From assembly GCA_004431415.1 (NCBI GenBank), contig QPMI01000080.1, positions 1-64,000 of the forward strand: DNA of 64,000 nt. The letters are read 5' to 3'. Positions 60,401 through 64,000 of this stretch are shown here, piece after piece (the first letter of the stretch is position 1; each line of letters begins with the position of its first letter). The DNA comes from Cyanophora paradoxa CCMP329 (taxonomy: Eukaryota; Plantae; Glaucophyta). The notes under the pieces are model-generated. The model did not search any database, had not been told where the DNA came from, and saw only the letters and a list, made by a program, of their open reading frames with translations. Made by a program: the position numbers and the translations under genes.

Positions 60401-63400
60401 CCAACGAGCAGCTTGCAGATGAAGAGCCCGAGGCCCGTCCCCCGCGCCTTGCTCGCGTCGCTGCGCGTTCGAATTCGCAGGCCCCGCTCACTATGCATGC
60501 CGCGGGGCCGCTGCCGGCCCCGGAGGGCGCGGGCGGGCGGGCGCGGAAACGCACCTCCCCAGCTGCGAGAAGCGGGAGAAGAGGCTTCCGACGGCGTCGG
60601 CGCCCATGCCGGGGCCCCTGCCGCGCCGCGGATCAAAGGCGCTCGCTCGGCGGGGGCATGTTCGCTTATAATATTATGTCGTCCTATCTTGATGTCCAAT
60701 GAAATTCGAGCGAGCTCGAGGGCTCGAGGGGGCGCACGCACGTGTCAACGACGGCCACGTCGAAGTAGGCTACGCGGGGGTCCGGCGCGCAGCCGGCGCC
60801 GGCGGCGGCCGCGGCGACTGCCTCGCCGGGGACCGGGACGACCTGGCCGCCCGAAGAAGCTCATCTCAGCTCAGCTCAGCCGCGGCCGCGGCCGCGGCCG
60901 TTCCCAATGAAACACATTGGGCTGCAAAACATATTTCACTCGAAAGCCGATCATATAGAGAATTCACATCCATGTATTTGTTGGTCTCCCAAGCGAGAAG
61001 AGCTCTTTAAACCCTTCAAAGGTGCGCATGCGCCGGCGGCGCACCTCGAGGCCGACGAGGCGGTCCTCGGGGCGCTTGAGGGGGTCGTAGAACTTGGTCG
61101 CGTTGTAGGCCAGGTTGATGAGGACCTGCCGCAAAGAATTCACCACTGGCGTCTATTTATACATGCGAGGCTCCGGACCTGCTTGAGGCGTCCCTTGTCC
61201 CCGCGGCAGACCGCCGGGCAGCGGGGGTCGACGAAAGGCACGAGGTGCACCCCGTTGCGGTGCGCCTGCCGGGGCGGGGCGGTGTGAGCCCGGGCCCGGC
61301 AATCGCGGCGGAGGCGGAATTCGAAGGGGGCGAGGCTCAAGGGGGCGGGCCTGGGCGATGAGTGTGCCGACGATATGGATGTCAATATCAGCAACAACAA
61401 CAACAACCAGCACTCTTATCTTATAAGCTCTTATAAATGTCAGCAATTGCAACTTATATCTTATAAATGTCTTATAGCTCTTAAATAAAGGGGGCGGGGC
61501 TCAAGGGGGCGGGGCGGGGCGGGCCTGGGCGATGAGGGTACCGACGGACTCGCCGACGGTGTCGCAGAGGTCGAGCTCCTCGTCCGCCAGCACCAGGCTC
61601 CCGTTCCCTGCGGAGGGGCGCGCGTCGGGTCTAGAGGGAGGAAGAGGCTTCGGGGGACGTGGGGAGGAGGAAGAAGGCGCATGGCGCATGGCGCACGGAT
61701 GGCGGCCATGTCCACAAGCTGGCGCCGCCGCCGGTCGGTCGGTCGGTCGGTCTTCGATCGGGAGCGGGGGGGCGGGCGGCGGGGGGAGGCGCGCGGGCAC
61801 CGAATTCAACAGCGCCAGGAGGTGGTCGGCGCTCTGCTGGACGATCTGCGCCATCTCCCGCTGCCGCTCGTCCCCCAGCGACTGCGCGGGGCGGGCGGGC
61901 TCGGGTATAAATTCAAAGGGACGCGGGCCGGCCGGGGGGCCGAGTGCAGGGCACGCCTGCAGAAGGAGCGAAGTCAAGACTTGCTAAGCCACCTAAGACT
62001 AAGCCACCCCCGATACTAAACTCTAAGACTTTACTCTTTAGACTTTAGACTAAGACTAAGACTTTATGCTATGTATGCTATATCTCTCCGCACCTCGAGC
62101 AGGAGGGACGTCATTCCTGACATGCCCGCGCAAGGCGTCCGCATCTGCAGCGGCCAAGCGCGTGAGCGGAGCGCCGGGCGCGCCCTCCCCACCACTCCGA
62201 CTCGCCTCATGGGCCGTGTCCACCAGCAGCTGGTCCTTCGCTTTGTCCCTGGCGGCCCCGCCTCAGCGTCCGGGCGGGCGCGCCGGCCGGGCTGGCCGGC
62301 GGGCGCACAGCTTGGCCAGGCTCTCGTTCTCGAGCGCGAGCTCCCGCGCCCGCGCCTGCTCCTCGTAGTACCGCGCCCCGCGGAGGCACGCCACCGCCTG
62401 GGCCCCCAGCAGCTGCGCGCGCCCGGCGGGTCAGGGCGCGCAGGCCGGGCCGGGACCGGGCCGGGGCGGCCGCGCGCGCCTGGGCGAGGGGCGCCCGGTC
62501 GGGCGCGAAGGCGCCGGCCATGGCGCTGCTCTCGAGGTAGAGCAGCCCTTGCACCTCGAGCTGCGCGGGCGGGCGTCGGCGGCGGCGTCGGCGGCGGCGG
62601 CGGCGGGGCCGACGGCGCGGGGGCCCTCCGCGGCGCACCTCGTGAGTCACGGGGACGCAGAGAAGCGAAAGGGGCGGCCGGCGCGGGCGGCGGGGGCGAG
62701 GAATGGGTCCGGGGCGAAGCGGGCGTCCCCGGGGCGTCGCCGAGCACCAGCGGCGCCCCGTCCGCTGCGCGAACCGCAGCGCCGCCAGCGGCAGCTGCGC
62801 CCGCACTCCGCGATGGGGGCCCCGGGGGCGGGCAGCCGGCCCCGAGGCGGCGGCGACGCGCAGGGCCAGCAGGCCCTCGGCGGGCGAGTCGCCCTCCTCG
62901 GCCAGCGCCAGCACGCAGCGCGTCGCGCCCATCACCTGCGCGGGCAGGTCGGGCCCCGGCCCGGCCCGGCAAGCCCCGGCCTCGCCTGAGCCTCACCTGA
63001 GCGACGATGGAGGCGACGCCCTCGCGGGGCGAGGCGGCCCCCCCATAGCGGCCTCTGCTATCCTGCCCATAGCCGCGAACAGGCCGGCCAGGTCGAGCTC
63101 CTGCGCCAGGCGCTGGAACGCCCGCGGGCCCGCTGCCTCCGCCTCGGGCCCGGCGCCCCCGCCGCCGCCGCGCCCTCCGGGGCAACGCCACCTCCCGCGC
63201 CTTGGCCGGGGCCTGCGGGCGCTGCCGGCTCGCCCCGCCCCGCCGCCCCGCGCTCAGCGGCGCGCACCCCGAAGGCCTCGTACGCCTGCGCCGCGGCTGC
63301 GCGGAGGAGGCGAGCGTGCGCGGCCTTGCCAGCCCCGGCCGCCACCTCCGCCCCCGCCTCCGCTATCATACCCTCCAGCAGGCTGCGCCCGGGCGGGGCG

Positions 63401-64000
63401 GTCGGGCGGCCGCCCGCGGGCCGGCGGCGGCAAGCGGCGCACTAGTTTCCGGCGCCGCGGGCCTGGTCGAGCCCCTCTATGAGCAGATCCAGGGCCCCGT
63501 GTCGTCCCCTGCCCCGCGGCCGCGCGTGACCGAGTGAGCGGGCGCGGCGGCGGCGGCGGCGGCGCGCACCGGCGGCGGCGCGCGTCGCCGCCCGCCCGAC
63601 GGCGAGCTTGGGGCCGAACTCGATGGGCGAGGCAGAGGCGAGCCTGCCGGCCCGTGAGTCACGACTCGGCAGAGCTCGGCGCCCCGCTTCGTTCGCACTC
63701 GGCGAGGCGGGCCTCGTCGGCGGCGGGCTGCCAGGGCCCGGCGACGCCGCTCGGGTCGGCGCGGCGGGCGCGGCAGCGGAGGCGGACGAGGGCGGAGAGA
63801 AACGGGGCGTCGTAGACGATCCCGAGCACCCGCGGCGCGTGCTCCTGCAGCAGCTGCGGCCGTGGACGGGGGCGGCGGGTCGTGGGTGAGCGCCGGGGGC
63901 GCCCAGCAGAGGCACGGACGGCAGCACCCGCAGGTCGGCCCACGCCGGCTCGGAGTCGACGCGGCCGCTCAGGAGGGCGGCGTTCAACCGGAGGAAGAGC
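57435..64000 (-). CDS. Large hybrid histidine kinase, 3' part: helical region-GAF-HisKA-HATPase-(linker)-REC-degenerate REC; begins beyond the right edge
   Basis: GAF IMGATRCVLAL...GLLYLES...GAF; HisKA TAHE|MRTP..GM.GMTSLLL; RGDKGRLKQVLINLAYNATKF; RGTGLGLFICKLLV..M; SELGVGTAF; REC VNAIIATKFL, ALVFMDC-MP, ALTANA, DAYLTKP; second REC VLLAETDD..VFLDGDD. Confidence 0.88.

Noticed and set aside
59043-60910. Long plus-strand Arg/Gly/Ala-rich ORFs (and similar ones across the window)
   Set aside because: Shadow ORFs caused by very high GC, opposite or overlapping real spliced genes.
61325-61375. Alternative exon of the histidine kinase
   Set aside because: Degenerate copy of the upstream exon end (VGTLIAQ) inside an intron; nothing suggests it is used.

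Overview
Eukaryotic, GC-rich nuclear DNA with many short spliceosomal introns. By inference it comes from a primary-plastid alga, probably a glaucophyte (Cyanophora-like): the plastid transit peptide starts MARAAF and the phytochrome has a PAS-GAF-PHY-PAS-HK-REC layout. About 1-8.2 kb is different: less GC-rich, gene-dense and almost intron-free. It looks like the right part of an integrated DNA virus (Polinton-like virus or virophage type; no hallmark capsid, polymerase or integrase gene lies inside the window). It encodes a fibre protein with a Peptidase S74 chaperone domain, FN3/glycine-rich proteins, an HNH protein and a tandem pair of paralogous unknown proteins. It also carries three copies of a composite telomere-like (GG)GACTT repeat module and a terminal cluster of TCGCGATC boxes. 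The rest is host DNA: a secreted GPI-type protein, a class III adenylyl cyclase, a multi-SIM/UIM RBR E3 ligase, a deoxynucleoside kinase, plastid PAB, two F-box/LRR proteins, a long coiled-coil protein, a phytochrome ending in an HPt domain, tRNA-Gly(TCC) followed by a 3x ~270 bp array, decayed repeat copies and a large GAF hybrid histidine kinase that runs off the right edge. In the phytochrome, the chromophore-Cys segment is replaced by a 169 bp duplication. All calls come from reading motifs by eye; exon boundaries are approximate and no database search was run.
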